A DNA stretch of 64,000 nucleotides from a virus. Taxonomy: Duplodnaviria > Caudoviricetes. Each line of letters begins with the position of its first letter. Position 1 is the first letter of the stretch. A program made the translations under genes and the position numbers. The stretch covers positions 2,131 through 66,130 of IMG/VR virus record IMGVR_UViG_3300044630_000280; one strand, 5' to 3'. The notes under the pieces were generated by a model. That model made no database searches and was not told where the DNA came from. It saw only the letters and a program-made list of their open reading frames with translations. This document shows positions 9,807-20,043 of the stretch, in pieces.

Positions 9807-9886
9807 AACGGCTTTTAGTTAGCTCCTTTTAGTCGTTTATTCTCCTTCACAGAGAACTTTGCCCCCGGTACGTCCGGGGGTTTTTT
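9807..9886 (+). ncRNA. Candidate anti-RBS small RNA (three hairpins)
   Basis: TATACT at 9794-9799; stem AACGGCT/AGTCGTT (9807-9813/9831-9837) with loop containing GTTAGCTCCTTTT; second hairpin TTCTC/GAGAA; terminator hairpin. Confidence 0.65.
9861..9886 (+). terminator. Rho-independent terminator at the convergence of the replication and structural blocks
   Basis: GCCCCCGG-TACGT-CCGGGGGT then T-tract. Confidence 0.85.
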
Positions 9887-12800
9887 ATTGGGACTCTTCG
9901 TCCAACAATTTTTCAGTACGATCTTGTAGGTCAAGCAAGTCTGCAAACTTCAACTCTGGTGTGATACCTCTAACGTTACCCTGAAGTAGTTTCAAGCGGC
10001 GTTCAAAAGCTCTTTCTATATCTGCAAACTCTATGGTTAGCTCAGGGTTAGGGTACATAGAATTAAACCGTACAGCTTTATCAATCATAGCTTGGAAGCG
10101 TTCATCTTTATCTAACTCAGCAGAACGTTCAATCTGTTTAATAATATCCGCACGTTGAGTTGTAATTTTTTGCTTCGCGTTGTTGTATGCAAATATATCT
10201 TTTTGGCGCTCGGCAAGACCTTTAGTCTTATACCCCAGTGCTTGCATTGCTAACTGCGCCTTAGTAAACTCAGCAGCTTCTTTAATAATTTGCAAGCTAC
10301 CAGTACGTGCGCCCTCTTGTGTATACCTAACGTCAGTCAATAGACCACGGAACATAGCAGGTGTCCACTTCTCAAATGCTTTAACCCAATCACCATTCTG
10401 GGCATCTTTAACACCCTTAGCCCACGTATCTACCAACCCTACTGAAGCACCGCCCCAATCAACCAGAGTATCAGCTACAAAGTTACCCCAATCTGAAGGT
10501 GGAGATTCATCGGTAAACCAGAAGTCCATAGATAAGCTAGAAGATATATCGTAGCCAGTTAAGTTATCTATAGTACCCGTCAACATCAGTTCACTTAGTG
10601 GAACCCCGCCAATCGTAGGTTCGCCAAACATTTCAGGCAGCCACACGTTCTCAAAGTACTTCTTAAAATTAGTCTGCCACAACTCCAACTCATCATCGTC
10701 ATCACCAGCCATACGAATCAGATTAATCATGCCTTGTATAATACCCATGACTACGCTATACATAAACGTTCCACGGATACCAGTAAGTAACGCAGTCATA
10801 CCTAACGTACCAGTAAACGCCTTTAATGCACCCATGCGTTGTTCTTTAGGTAGGCTGCTGAAAATCTCCATGAAGTTACGACATAAAAACTCTACGTTAA
10901 ATACTTGGAACTTACGATACTGAGCCGCTACTCTAACGGGTGTACTACGCATTAATTCAGGAGTATTAGCATCACTGTAGTCAAACAAACTTTCTTTGGT
11001 GATTTCAAGGGCTAAGTCAATAGACTTATTTACACGTTTGTTGTGATCTGGTTCGCTTTTAAACTTATCCATTGCGAGACTAAACGCAGACATAAACGTA
11101 ATCTCACGGGACATACGCTCGCCAAAATGGAACGGCGCAGTCATAAGAGTTTCTACAGTGCTTATTACTGGTGAATAATTCTCGCTAGCTGTTTTCTTTC
11201 TATTAGCTAAGTCCATAGTTCTAGTAGCATCTTGGACACCACTCTCACGTAAAGCCCTAAACGCTCTAACTAAGTCTGGGTTGTTACGTACTATTGATGA
11301 CGAACCAATAGATGGAGCTGTGTAGATAACGTTACCCTTAGCATCTTTACTAGTAACCCCCACCTGCTTATACGCATCTCTTGCCATCCGCATCATTTCA
11401 GCCGTGGTCTTACCGTAGCCAAAGTGTTTCCACATGACAGGCATTGCGTGGGTAATAACGCTGAACTGTTGGGCTACAGCCGATTTAATACTTGTCATCT
11501 GCCATATAAAGGCACTCTTAGTCGCTGTGCGGGCTATCTTTTCTGCTACGGTATCCATCTCTGGAGGGTTAAGTTCTTCCTCAGCACGTGCGGCTATACG
11601 GTTTATGAACATCTCCATCCGTGCTTTATTTGGGTTCTTCTCAATAGAAGCTCTAGCACCACTAATACCATTACGAATCTTAGGCGCATACTTAATATTA
11701 GCTAGTTGGTTTGCAAACCGGTTACCCATCACGATAAAGTTACGCATAGCATCTCTGCTGTAACCAGCTGTATTTTGACGTGGCATGAACTGCTTACGGA
11801 ATGTACCTTCAGGCATAGCTACCAAGTGCATGGTAAATATGTCTTTCTTTATTTCTTCTTTAGTAGCGGTATCCGTTGCAGTAATACCATCAACCATAGT
11901 GAATAGCTTCTTTAAAATCTCACTAGACTGCATAGCTTCTCTTTGTAGAGACTGCATATCTTGACCAAGCTTGATGTCACCATCTTTAATCATTTGGTCT
12001 TTTGTACGGCGATCACCTTTCATGTTCTGTTCTTTGACATACTCATCCATTAAGAAGTCACGCTCTTGCCCCGCCTCACGCATAATAAACTGCTTGTTCT
12101 CACCCTTACCTAACGTAGCCCAGTATTTACCATAACGCATAATAGGGAAGTAAGGAGATAACTTAGCACCAGTCTCGTAAAGTTTACGTACTTCATCCAT
12201 CAACATCTGCTTAGCAGGCCCAGTTATATTTGCATTTGCAATACGCTGGTTTAATAACCCACGATACAGGTTATAGTGATCGGTATAGAAGTCACGTGCG
12301 TCTATGTATACTTGTTTAGCTTTGTCAGACAAGCTATTCCACACAGCATTTAGTTTAGCGTCAGACTTATTAACTGCTGGGTCAACCTGCGCCATAGTGG
12401 ATACGTGCATTAGATCAGATACGCGTTGTGATTCTTTACCCTTAAGCTTAACCCAACCACGGACTATATCTTCTACTTTATGGATAGTACGCATACGGAA
12501 GGCGTTCTTTTCTTCGATGCCTTTTTGTATATCGTTAATTGAGTCTTCACCTACACCAATTTCTTTTGCTATACGGTATAAGCGGTTAGTTGTAGAAGCA
12601 CGAAGCATTACATCCAGTTTTTCTGGGTTCATGTACTTCCACTTAAGCTTAATGTAATCACTCCACAGGCTAGGATCACGTGCTACTTTGGATAAAGAAC
12701 CAAGAGCGTTAAGTCTTTCTTCTGCTGTTTTACCGGCTTTTAATTTATCTATAGCTGTATCAACATCGGTTTTCTTTGACTTAGCTTTTTGTCTTAGGGC

Positions 12801-15800
12801 TGTATCAGCCATACTTAATAGCTGTTTACCACTAGGTTCTTTTGCCCCCATTATTTCGTGAGAGATAAGCACTAAATCTTTTAGACCAGACTGCACCTTA
12901 GGGTCAATACCAAACAGCTTTAATAGGATGTCAACGAACGTATCAAACCCAGAAGTCTTAGTTGTTGTGCCGGGAACTTTAGTAAGGAGAAACTCCTTCA
13001 TTGTTGGGTCAGTCAGACCGTAAGCATAGAACTCTTGGATGTCTGTGAACGCACCAGCTTTGTTTAAGTGATTAAGTTTAAAGTTACGCTCACCACGTGG
13101 CAGTGCATCAAATGCAGCCTTAGCTTTTTCCATCAACATCTGTAACTCAGCAACTGCCGATGCTAGCTTAGGCTCTACTGGCTGCCCTTGTTCTATGGCT
13201 AACTGCGCAAATGCAATCTTCTTAGACCCTGTAGCGTGCATAGCCTCATGCAAAACAATCTCAGAGTTTATACCTTGTTCATTCTCCCCATAGCTTTCAC
13301 CACGGACATAGACCATATTGTCTTTGGAGGTAGGCACAAAATACCCAACTGCGTCACTATCTAACTCAGACTTAATATCTGATGGGATGTCTTTATCATC
13401 TGACTCTACAACACGGAACCCAACAGTATTAACGGTACCTAAGTTATCAGGCTGCAACAACCTAGCCGCTAGCATTTGTTCTATCGGGTTAGCAGAACTG
13501 AGTACATGTAGCAAAGCATCTTTAAGGGTTTTAAATTTCTTAAATATTGGATCAGGTTGCATGTCTAGCTGTTGTTCAGCTTCATACGGTGTTTGCTCTG
13601 TTACTTCTGCTTTTACTGTACTGCGTGCAGCTTGTGGTTTTAACGCCGCAGCTTTTCTAGATTCGTAAACATTCTTTGCACGTGCTAGCTCCGCAGGTTT
13701 GAGTCCACGTATGTAGTCCTTAGCTAATACATAGCCAGTCTGTGGATTCTTAGATTGTGCTAGGCGGTATAACTCAGCACGCATTTGTTCAAGCTTATTT
13801 ACACGTTGCTCTTCTTTTGCATCAAGTTCTTCTTGTGTCGCAAACGTACCAAACTCTTGGCGCTGAGCAAATTTATTAGCTACATTTATTAGAGTCTTAA
13901 CATCACGGGTAAACTGATTGATCTCGTTTACTTGTTGACGACGTTCTTCTGTTGTCTTAGCAGTTTCAGACTTCTTACGACCGCCACCCGGCGCACGCTT
14001 CTTTACTTCCCTATCTACCGCTGCCTCTGACTTAGCAACTGATGTAACTTCAGGAGGCTCAACTTCAAGCTCTTCATTACGTGTAGACTCTAACTCGAGT
14101 GGAGCTGGTTCTGTTTTACTAGACGGTGTTAACGCAGCTATAGTCGCATCAACATCTTGGTCTAATGCAGATTTTATATTTATTAAAGCAGCAGAACTTA
14201 ACTTTGCACGGATTTCTTCAGGTATATTATTTACGGTTATAGTTCTTCCTGAGTCTTTAAGGAACTGTAAATCCCCCTGTAACTCTAAACGTTCGGCATC
14301 AGGTAACTCAAACCACCCACCCCTAGCTGTTTGTTCTACTTCTTTTTTATTTACTGCGGGTGCGGCTGGCTTGGGTGCTTCTTGTCTTTCTTCTTTTGCT
14401 TCGACGGCTTTAGGGGTTTCAGCGACACGTGGTGTTTCCTTTGCAGGTTGTGAAAATTCTGGTGCTCTACCATTCAGTTCTTCTAGACGAGCATAAGCAG
14501 CATCTTGGTATTCTTCAGGTGTTGGGTTTCTTGCTAATGTTTGACGTACCCAATCAGCCCCAAGTTGTACACCTAAGTCTGGGTACGCTTCACGATTAAA
14601 CGCTTGAGATACTTGAGATTGAACACGTTGTTTATTAGCATCTAATGAATCTTGCTCTCGCTCATCTCTTGAATCAAACTGTCCAACCAATCTCCGACTT
14701 GCATCCAATCCTCTAGCGATAGGTCCGCTAGTTCCTCCGGCGGGTAACTGTTGTTCGCTAGGCAATCCATCGCCATACTGATCTGTGCTAGGCTGAGTGA
14801 CAAAAGCTGGCGGCTCGGTAGTAACATTATCACCTCCTAAAATTTGTTGTTCCGCACGTTCGGCTTTCCCTTCTACAGTGCGTTGTTCATCTTCAGCTAC
14901 ATCTCTTTCTAATACTCTACCTACACGACCTACATTGCTATCCTTAAGCATTTGCTCCGCAAGCATCTGAGCATCATCCTCAGCAAACCCTTTAACCATA
15001 AAGTCTTGAGTCAGTGCTGTTAATTGTTCAGGGTCAATAGGTGTAGGTTCTGCGGCTTTTGGCGCTGTTGGCTGCGCTTGTGCTTGTGCCGCCGTCATTG
15101 CAGGTATTACTAATGTGGTTCCAGCTTCACCAGTCTTAGCTAGGGTCTTAATTAACCCACGTATATCTTTACCATGCGCACGAACTTCATCCTCTGACAT
15201 GCCAGTATTTTGCATAACAAAGTTGAGGTAGTCCGCATCGCGTTTAGATGGGTTAGGCTGCGCAGCAATATAAGCAGCACGATCAATATCGCTTTCAAAC
15301 TTTAGTTCAAACCCTTTGTCACCATAAGAATAACGAGGTTTCGCCCCAGCTAAATCTTTTGGTAGTGTTGCAGTCGGTGTTACAGGGGGTTCTGTTTCAA
15401 TACCTTCGTTACGTGCACTCTGTAAAGCCGCCAAAGGATCGACAGGTGTAGGGGCTGGAGGCTCAGTTTCTATTGCTTCGTTACGTGTTTTCTCTAGCGC
15501 TAAGTTAGTAGGTGGAGCAGGAGTTTGTGTTATAGCCCCAAGTGTTGCATCTTGGTCTGCTCTGCCAGTATAACGTTCACTATCTGGTGTTAAAGGCCCT
15601 ACCTCTACAGTACCTTCTTGTTCGTCTAAACCTTTAGTATTACTTAGTGTTTCTTTTATTCTATTTAGATCAGGTACTTCTTCTTTTTTACCCGCAAATT
15701 TACCAGTTAGAGCGCCAACACCCTTAGTGCCTGCAGTCATCATGCCGCTTTGCATCAGCGTCTGAACTGTGGTGTCTGCCATCTGCTCTAGGTAATCCCC

Positions 15801-17027
15801 GAGCGTAGCATCTTTGTTCAATCCAATAGCCGACTTATCAACGGCAAACTGCCCCGTAGTAGTAAAGTATTCGCCGGGTAGTTCTTTCTTGAGTGTGTTA
15901 CCTAAGAAGTCTTTAAGCTGGCTAGTTGGTACACCTTGTGTAGCTCTGCGGATTTGATCTAACTCAAACTTCAAACCTAAGCGTTCACCAGCAACTTCAA
16001 AGCTAGCAAACAAGCCAGCACGTGATGCAGCATCAGCACCATCTAAACCCTTAGCCCTACCCTCTGCGTACTCTTGACCAAACGAGTTTACAAACATGCT
16101 GCTAAGTACTAATGCTGAACTACCAGTCATAGCACCGCCAACCATAGCAGGTAACTGCTGAGCAATAGAACTAATAGCCCCTTCAGCCATACGACCTAGA
16201 TACTGTTTGTTCTGCCCCATTGATTGGATTTGATTGCGGGACTCAGCGGCTCTCTTAGCAAACCCTGCAGCGTATTCATCTGCACCTACTAAGTCAGAGA
16301 TAGCTTGGTTAACACCAACTGCACCTTGAATATAACCTTCCAATGCAGCTTTAGCACCACGCATACCTAGCGAAGCGTTCTCATATTTTTTCTGAGTTTC
16401 AAAATCAAACTGGCTAGGTTCTGCTACACCTTGCTGTGACATGAACTTAGACTCACCACCCGGGGCTACACCTGCTTCTGCTGCTTGTTCTGCAGCTACT
16501 GCGGCAAACTCAGGCTTCTCACCTTTAGCAATTAACTCGCGCTCACGGGCTTCTTTACGAGGGTCAAACTTTTCTAATGCTTGGTTTTGTGGTTTTGCAT
16601 AACGCTCAGCACGTTCACGGGCTATATCACCTATGACACCGGGTTGTCTTTCAAGTACTGCACGACGTGCGGGGGATGCAGCGTCATAGCTCTGTTGAAT
16701 ACTACGACGTACCTCTGGTTTAACTGGGAGAGTTGAAGTCTTATCTGGAGTGCCTTTGAACCCAGTCATCACACTACGTTCAGGTCCAGCTACCTCCATG
16801 ATAGATGAACCAAGATCACCACCCATAGCATCAGAGGTGGCGAAGTCTTCAGTAGGCTTAGCTTCTTTTTTAGCAGCTGCCTTAGATTCTGCTTTAGCTT
16901 CTTGCTTTGCCGCAGCTGGTTTTACAGACGGTAGAATATCAGTTTCGATAGCCTTAATAATATCTTCTTGTGACATATCGTCAGGAAAATTAACCTGACC
17001 TACACCCTCTACGTTTACACGTGGCAT
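9885..17027 (-). CDS. Giant (2380 aa) internal virion/ejection polyvalent protein with zincin-like HEXXH motif
   Basis: Last gene of the structural operon; VLHEAMHA...QEFYAYG; low-complexity linkers and hydrophobic segments. Confidence 0.75.
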   Translation of the reverse strand: MPRVNVEGVGQVNFPDDMSQEDIIKAIETDILPSVKPAAAKQEAKAESKAAAKKEAKPTEDFATSDAMGGDLGSSIMEVAGPERSVMTGFKGTPDKTSTLPVKPEVRRSIQQSYDAASPARRAVLERQPGVIGDIARERAERYAKPQNQALEKFDPRKEARERELIAKGEKPEFAAVAAEQAAEAGVAPGGESKFMSQQGVAEPSQFDFETQKKYENASLGMRGAKAALEGYIQGAVGVNQAISDLVGADEYAAGFAKRAAESRNQIQSMGQNKQYLGRMAEGAISSIAQQLPAMVGGAMTGSSALVLSSMFVNSFGQEYAEGRAKGLDGADAASRAGLFASFEVAGERLGLKFELDQIRRATQGVPTSQLKDFLGNTLKKELPGEYFTTTGQFAVDKSAIGLNKDATLGDYLEQMADTTVQTLMQSGMMTAGTKGVGALTGKFAGKKEEVPDLNRIKETLSNTKGLDEQEGTVEVGPLTPDSERYTGRADQDATLGAITQTPAPPTNLALEKTRNEAIETEPPAPTPVDPLAALQSARNEGIETEPPVTPTATLPKDLAGAKPRYSYGDKGFELKFESDIDRAAYIAAQPNPSKRDADYLNFVMQNTGMSEDEVRAHGKDIRGLIKTLAKTGEAGTTLVIPAMTAAQAQAQPTAPKAAEPTPIDPEQLTALTQDFMVKGFAEDDAQMLAEQMLKDSNVGRVGRVLERDVAEDEQRTVEGKAERAEQQILGGDNVTTEPPAFVTQPSTDQYGDGLPSEQQLPAGGTSGPIARGLDASRRLVGQFDSRDEREQDSLDANKQRVQSQVSQAFNREAYPDLGVQLGADWVRQTLARNPTPEEYQDAAYARLEELNGRAPEFSQPAKETPRVAETPKAVEAKEERQEAPKPAAPAVNKKEVEQTARGGWFELPDAERLELQGDLQFLKDSGRTITVNNIPEEIRAKLSSAALINIKSALDQDVDATIAALTPSSKTEPAPLELESTRNEELEVEPPEVTSVAKSEAAVDREVKKRAPGGGRKKSETAKTTEERRQQVNEINQFTRDVKTLINVANKFAQRQEFGTFATQEELDAKEEQRVNKLEQMRAELYRLAQSKNPQTGYVLAKDYIRGLKPAELARAKNVYESRKAAALKPQAARSTVKAEVTEQTPYEAEQQLDMQPDPIFKKFKTLKDALLHVLSSANPIEQMLAARLLQPDNLGTVNTVGFRVVESDDKDIPSDIKSELDSDAVGYFVPTSKDNMVYVRGESYGENEQGINSEIVLHEAMHATGSKKIAFAQLAIEQGQPVEPKLASAVAELQMLMEKAKAAFDALPRGERNFKLNHLNKAGAFTDIQEFYAYGLTDPTMKEFLLTKVPGTTTKTSGFDTFVDILLKLFGIDPKVQSGLKDLVLISHEIMGAKEPSGKQLLSMADTALRQKAKSKKTDVDTAIDKLKAGKTAEERLNALGSLSKVARDPSLWSDYIKLKWKYMNPEKLDVMLRASTTNRLYRIAKEIGVGEDSINDIQKGIEEKNAFRMRTIHKVEDIVRGWVKLKGKESQRVSDLMHVSTMAQVDPAVNKSDAKLNAVWNSLSDKAKQVYIDARDFYTDHYNLYRGLLNQRIANANITGPAKQMLMDEVRKLYETGAKLSPYFPIMRYGKYWATLGKGENKQFIMREAGQERDFLMDEYVKEQNMKGDRRTKDQMIKDGDIKLGQDMQSLQREAMQSSEILKKLFTMVDGITATDTATKEEIKKDIFTMHLVAMPEGTFRKQFMPRQNTAGYSRDAMRNFIVMGNRFANQLANIKYAPKIRNGISGARASIEKNPNKARMEMFINRIAARAEEELNPPEMDTVAEKIARTATKSAFIWQMTSIKSAVAQQFSVITHAMPVMWKHFGYGKTTAEMMRMARDAYKQVGVTSKDAKGNVIYTAPSIGSSSIVRNNPDLVRAFRALRESGVQDATRTMDLANRKKTASENYSPVISTVETLMTAPFHFGERMSREITFMSAFSLAMDKFKSEPDHNKRVNKSIDLALEITKESLFDYSDANTPELMRSTPVRVAAQYRKFQVFNVEFLCRNFMEIFSSLPKEQRMGALKAFTGTLGMTALLTGIRGTFMYSVVMGIIQGMINLIRMAGDDDDELELWQTNFKKYFENVWLPEMFGEPTIGGVPLSELMLTGTIDNLTGYDISSSLSMDFWFTDESPPSDWGNFVADTLVDWGGASVGLVDTWAKGVKDAQNGDWVKAFEKWTPAMFRGLLTDVRYTQEGARTGSLQIIKEAAEFTKAQLAMQALGYKTKGLAERQKDIFAYNNAKQKITTQRADIIKQIERSAELDKDERFQAMIDKAVRFNSMYPNPELTIEFADIERAFERRLKLLQGNVRGITPELKFADLLDLQDRTEKLLDEESQ

Positions 17028-17042
17028 ATCAGCTACCTTATA

Positions 17043-19637
17043 TTAATTACGTGGTCGTGTATAGTTAAATGACCCATCTGCATTTGGTGTTAAAGGCCCT
17101 GCTGCTGGTGGTGCTACTGGAGCTGGGTTTACCGCTGCGCCTCTAGCGGGAGGTAGTGGATTCTTAGCCTCGATCTCTCTTCTGATTCTATCTGAAACTA
17201 CTTTCCCTGCTGCCACTGGATCACGATTTTCTTTTTTAGCTAAGGCTTCAGCAGCTTGAATTTCTTTACGCCCCGGACCCATCATTGTTGCGCTAAGAAC
17301 TTCTTTATTTACTTTTTCATTTCTTTCTGCAACAGCTTTTATACGTGCCGAATCCGCATTTGCTGGGTCTACTACTGCTCCAGTTTCAGCACGTAGGGTA
17401 GCAGGAGCTGCATATACACCAGCAGCAGTTACTGTGGGTTGCATTGCATTAGCTTCTATTAATGCTTGGCGCATAGTAGAGGGGTTCTCAGGTTCACCTC
17501 TAAATACTTTCTCTGCATATAATATTTCAGCTTGCTGAATAACCTTGTCCTTGTTTGCGCCTTTAGCCACTATAAGTTCATTTTTAAGCGCTTGTATCTC
17601 AAGTTTATTTGCTGCATCCATTTGTTTGATAGATATCTCTGCACGGTGCTTTAACAACTCTTTATTAATATTGAAGTACTGTTCACCAGCTCTAGTCTTT
17701 AAGGATTCAGCTTCTTTTTCGTTACCTAATCTACGCTCGTACTCACTACGATTAACGGCACGACTAGCATCTTCCAAATCTTCCAACAATTTCTTACGTA
17801 GTTTTTTATCTTCTACATTAGCTTCAATTAGATTACCACCAGCATTAATAAACCCGTTCAAAGCTGGACCCGGAGTTCTACCCCAGTCAATTAAAAACTT
17901 AGTTAAGCGATCTTGTGCAGCTTCACGTGTTTCACCTTCAATTTTTGCTTTTCTTTCGGCTATAGCTTGCTGTTCCGCAATAGCTGGATTAATAAACCCT
18001 GCTGCTTTTCTTTCCGCATCTCTGCTAGCTATAATCTCGTTTACATTTTGTTCCGATTTAAGTTTTTCTGCATTGGCTTGAGCCTGCAGTGTTTGTTCAT
18101 ATGCTGCGTATGGATCTGCTGGTTTTACAGCTTGTGTGGCTATACCTTTTCTAGCCTCGTCAGCAACACTACCTTTTAAATCTGGGTATGGTGCATCTGT
18201 TACAGGCGGCTCTGCTGGGAATCTTGTATCCTCAGGGGTAACAGTCATCTCAGGTTTAATTACCGGAGTCGTTGGAGATTCTTTTGCTAACGCACCTAAG
18301 ATACCCTTTTTAGTGTCCTTTAAATCTTTAACTTCTTTATCTTTCTCTTTGTCTTTTTCTGGGTCATCGACTTCTTTACCTTCCTTGAAGGCAACAGCAC
18401 CACCAGCAGCCATACCCTTGATCCCGCTACGTAAGGCATTACGGCGAGCTAGTTCTGCATCAACATCTTCTCCTGTAGCAGGGTCTGTGCTTTGGTCTTT
18501 ATCTTTTTGTTCTAACTGCCCATCAGATAATTTACGCAGCATACTTGGTAGCTTAGCAGGTGGAACACCCGTAGCAATACCACCACCAGCCATTTCTTTA
18601 ACTGCACCCCCGTTAGCACCGAATGCAGACTTAGCTGTTTTATATAGTTCTAAGCCAGCACCAATACTACCCATTGCTTGTGATGCAGCTGATGGTTGCG
18701 CTTGGTACATCTGGGTAGTAGAAGCTTGCATAGGCAAACCACGTAACATGTTCGATAGAACACCCAACTGCATGAGCGGGTATTGCTGTGACGTAGCGTA
18801 ATCTTGAACAATCTGGTTGAGGCGGTTTTGTTCAAAGTCTTGTTGTGTTTTACCAACAGCTAACTGTTGACCCATTAAACCTAGTTCTTGACCGTACTGC
18901 TGCTGTCCTAATGCACCCAAAGTCTGAGCGCCTTGTAGCCCTTGACCTAAACCCTGTAAGTTTAAGTTAGCACCGAACTGCTGAGCTTGTTGAGCGTTTT
19001 GATATGCGTTTTGCATACCTTTACCGTATATGTCGCTTTGTTGCATTGCAAGATTACGTTGACGCTCTGCTTCTACAAGTGCAGAACCTGAACCACCAAA
19101 CGCACCTTGCTGTATAGCTTTAGCTTGGTTCATCTGACCTTGCATAGCTGATTGACGTGCAGCTTCACGTAGCTCAGGGGCTACTGCGCCTTCCATATAA
19201 GGAGACATGTAGGCTTGCATTGCATAAGGATTTGTAGCTTGTTGTGCGTACTGATTACCAGCTTGCATTGAACCTAAGCCAGCCATCCCTGCCATTTGGG
19301 AGCCGTATTGGGTTTGTCCGGGCAATTGGTAGTTTTGGATTCCCCGCATTGCCTGCGATTGTAGGGGGGTAAAGCCTGCAACGGTCTCACCGGAACCACC
19401 ACGCGCTTGATCGTATTGTGCATAAGATTGATATGGTTTAAACCCACGGACATTACCTTTAGCATCAAGGTCATATATTTGTTTCTCGGTCGCCTCTGTC
19501 ATCTTTGTTACATACGGCTCCAAGTACTCAGGGATATTGGATGTGTATGTAGTGCCTGTAGAGGTAGTGCCACCACCACCGCCACCGAGGTTAAACGTAA
19601 ACCACTCAGGGTTAAATAGCCATTTTAGGATGTTCAT
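17043..19637 (-). CDS. Internal virion/DNA ejection (pilot-like) protein
   Basis: Short leader then GGGGGG; Gln/Ala/Gly-rich with GAFGGS motif; position before the giant ejection gene. Confidence 0.65.
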   Translation of the reverse strand: MNILKWLFNPEWFTFNLGGGGGGTTSTGTTYTSNIPEYLEPYVTKMTEATEKQIYDLDAKGNVRGFKPYQSYAQYDQARGGSGETVAGFTPLQSQAMRGIQNYQLPGQTQYGSQMAGMAGLGSMQAGNQYAQQATNPYAMQAYMSPYMEGAVAPELREAARQSAMQGQMNQAKAIQQGAFGGSGSALVEAERQRNLAMQQSDIYGKGMQNAYQNAQQAQQFGANLNLQGLGQGLQGAQTLGALGQQQYGQELGLMGQQLAVGKTQQDFEQNRLNQIVQDYATSQQYPLMQLGVLSNMLRGLPMQASTTQMYQAQPSAASQAMGSIGAGLELYKTAKSAFGANGGAVKEMAGGGIATGVPPAKLPSMLRKLSDGQLEQKDKDQSTDPATGEDVDAELARRNALRSGIKGMAAGGAVAFKEGKEVDDPEKDKEKDKEVKDLKDTKKGILGALAKESPTTPVIKPEMTVTPEDTRFPAEPPVTDAPYPDLKGSVADEARKGIATQAVKPADPYAAYEQTLQAQANAEKLKSEQNVNEIIASRDAERKAAGFINPAIAEQQAIAERKAKIEGETREAAQDRLTKFLIDWGRTPGPALNGFINAGGNLIEANVEDKKLRKKLLEDLEDASRAVNRSEYERRLGNEKEAESLKTRAGEQYFNINKELLKHRAEISIKQMDAANKLEIQALKNELIVAKGANKDKVIQQAEILYAEKVFRGEPENPSTMRQALIEANAMQPTVTAAGVYAAPATLRAETGAVVDPANADSARIKAVAERNEKVNKEVLSATMMGPGRKEIQAAEALAKKENRDPVAAGKVVSDRIRREIEAKNPLPPARGAAVNPAPVAPPAAGPLTPNADGSFNYTRPRN

Positions 19638-20041
19638 ATACTAATCCTCATTACTTGGTGGGTGTTTTCCATACCCATTTTTTTATACATATCAACCAGC
19701 GTACCTTTAGCCCAACATTGTGCTTTAGTGGCACCATAGCTACGCATCCAATTCATTGCTTCTGCAAATACATGATCTCTTACTATCCCTTTACCACCCA
19801 TTAAATTTACATGGGCAATACGCTCACGGGGGTAGTCCATAAACTCTACAGTTACTGCACCCGTTATACCCTGCTCTGGTTCGTCCCAGACTAATAAAAA
19901 TACTTTACCTGTACGTACTGCGTATTCAACCTGCTCAATAGTAGTAGCTTCAGGCTCTAGATCAATCGCCTTTTGTAGTAAAGGTGCGGCTATAGGCCAT
20001 ACTTGTGGTAATTGGTTAGGTGTTATATGGTATAAGGGCAT
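19634..20041 (-). CDS. Putative GNAT-fold acetyltransferase-like protein
   Basis: 135 aa between ejection genes; alpha/beta pattern ending MYKKMG; fold inferred. Confidence 0.5.
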   Translation of the reverse strand: MPLYHITPNQLPQVWPIAAPLLQKAIDLEPEATTIEQVEYAVRTGKVFLLVWDEPEQGITGAVTVEFMDYPRERIAHVNLMGGKGIVRDHVFAEAMNWMRSYGATKAQCWAKGTLVDMYKKMGMENTHQVMRISI

Positions 20042-20043
20042 CT

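Noticed and set aside
9787-9830. Reading AAAAGGAGCTAAC on the minus strand as an RBS for a small gene
   Set aside because: The only nearby start (TTG) gives about 6 codons; the plus-strand hairpins and terminator explain the segment better
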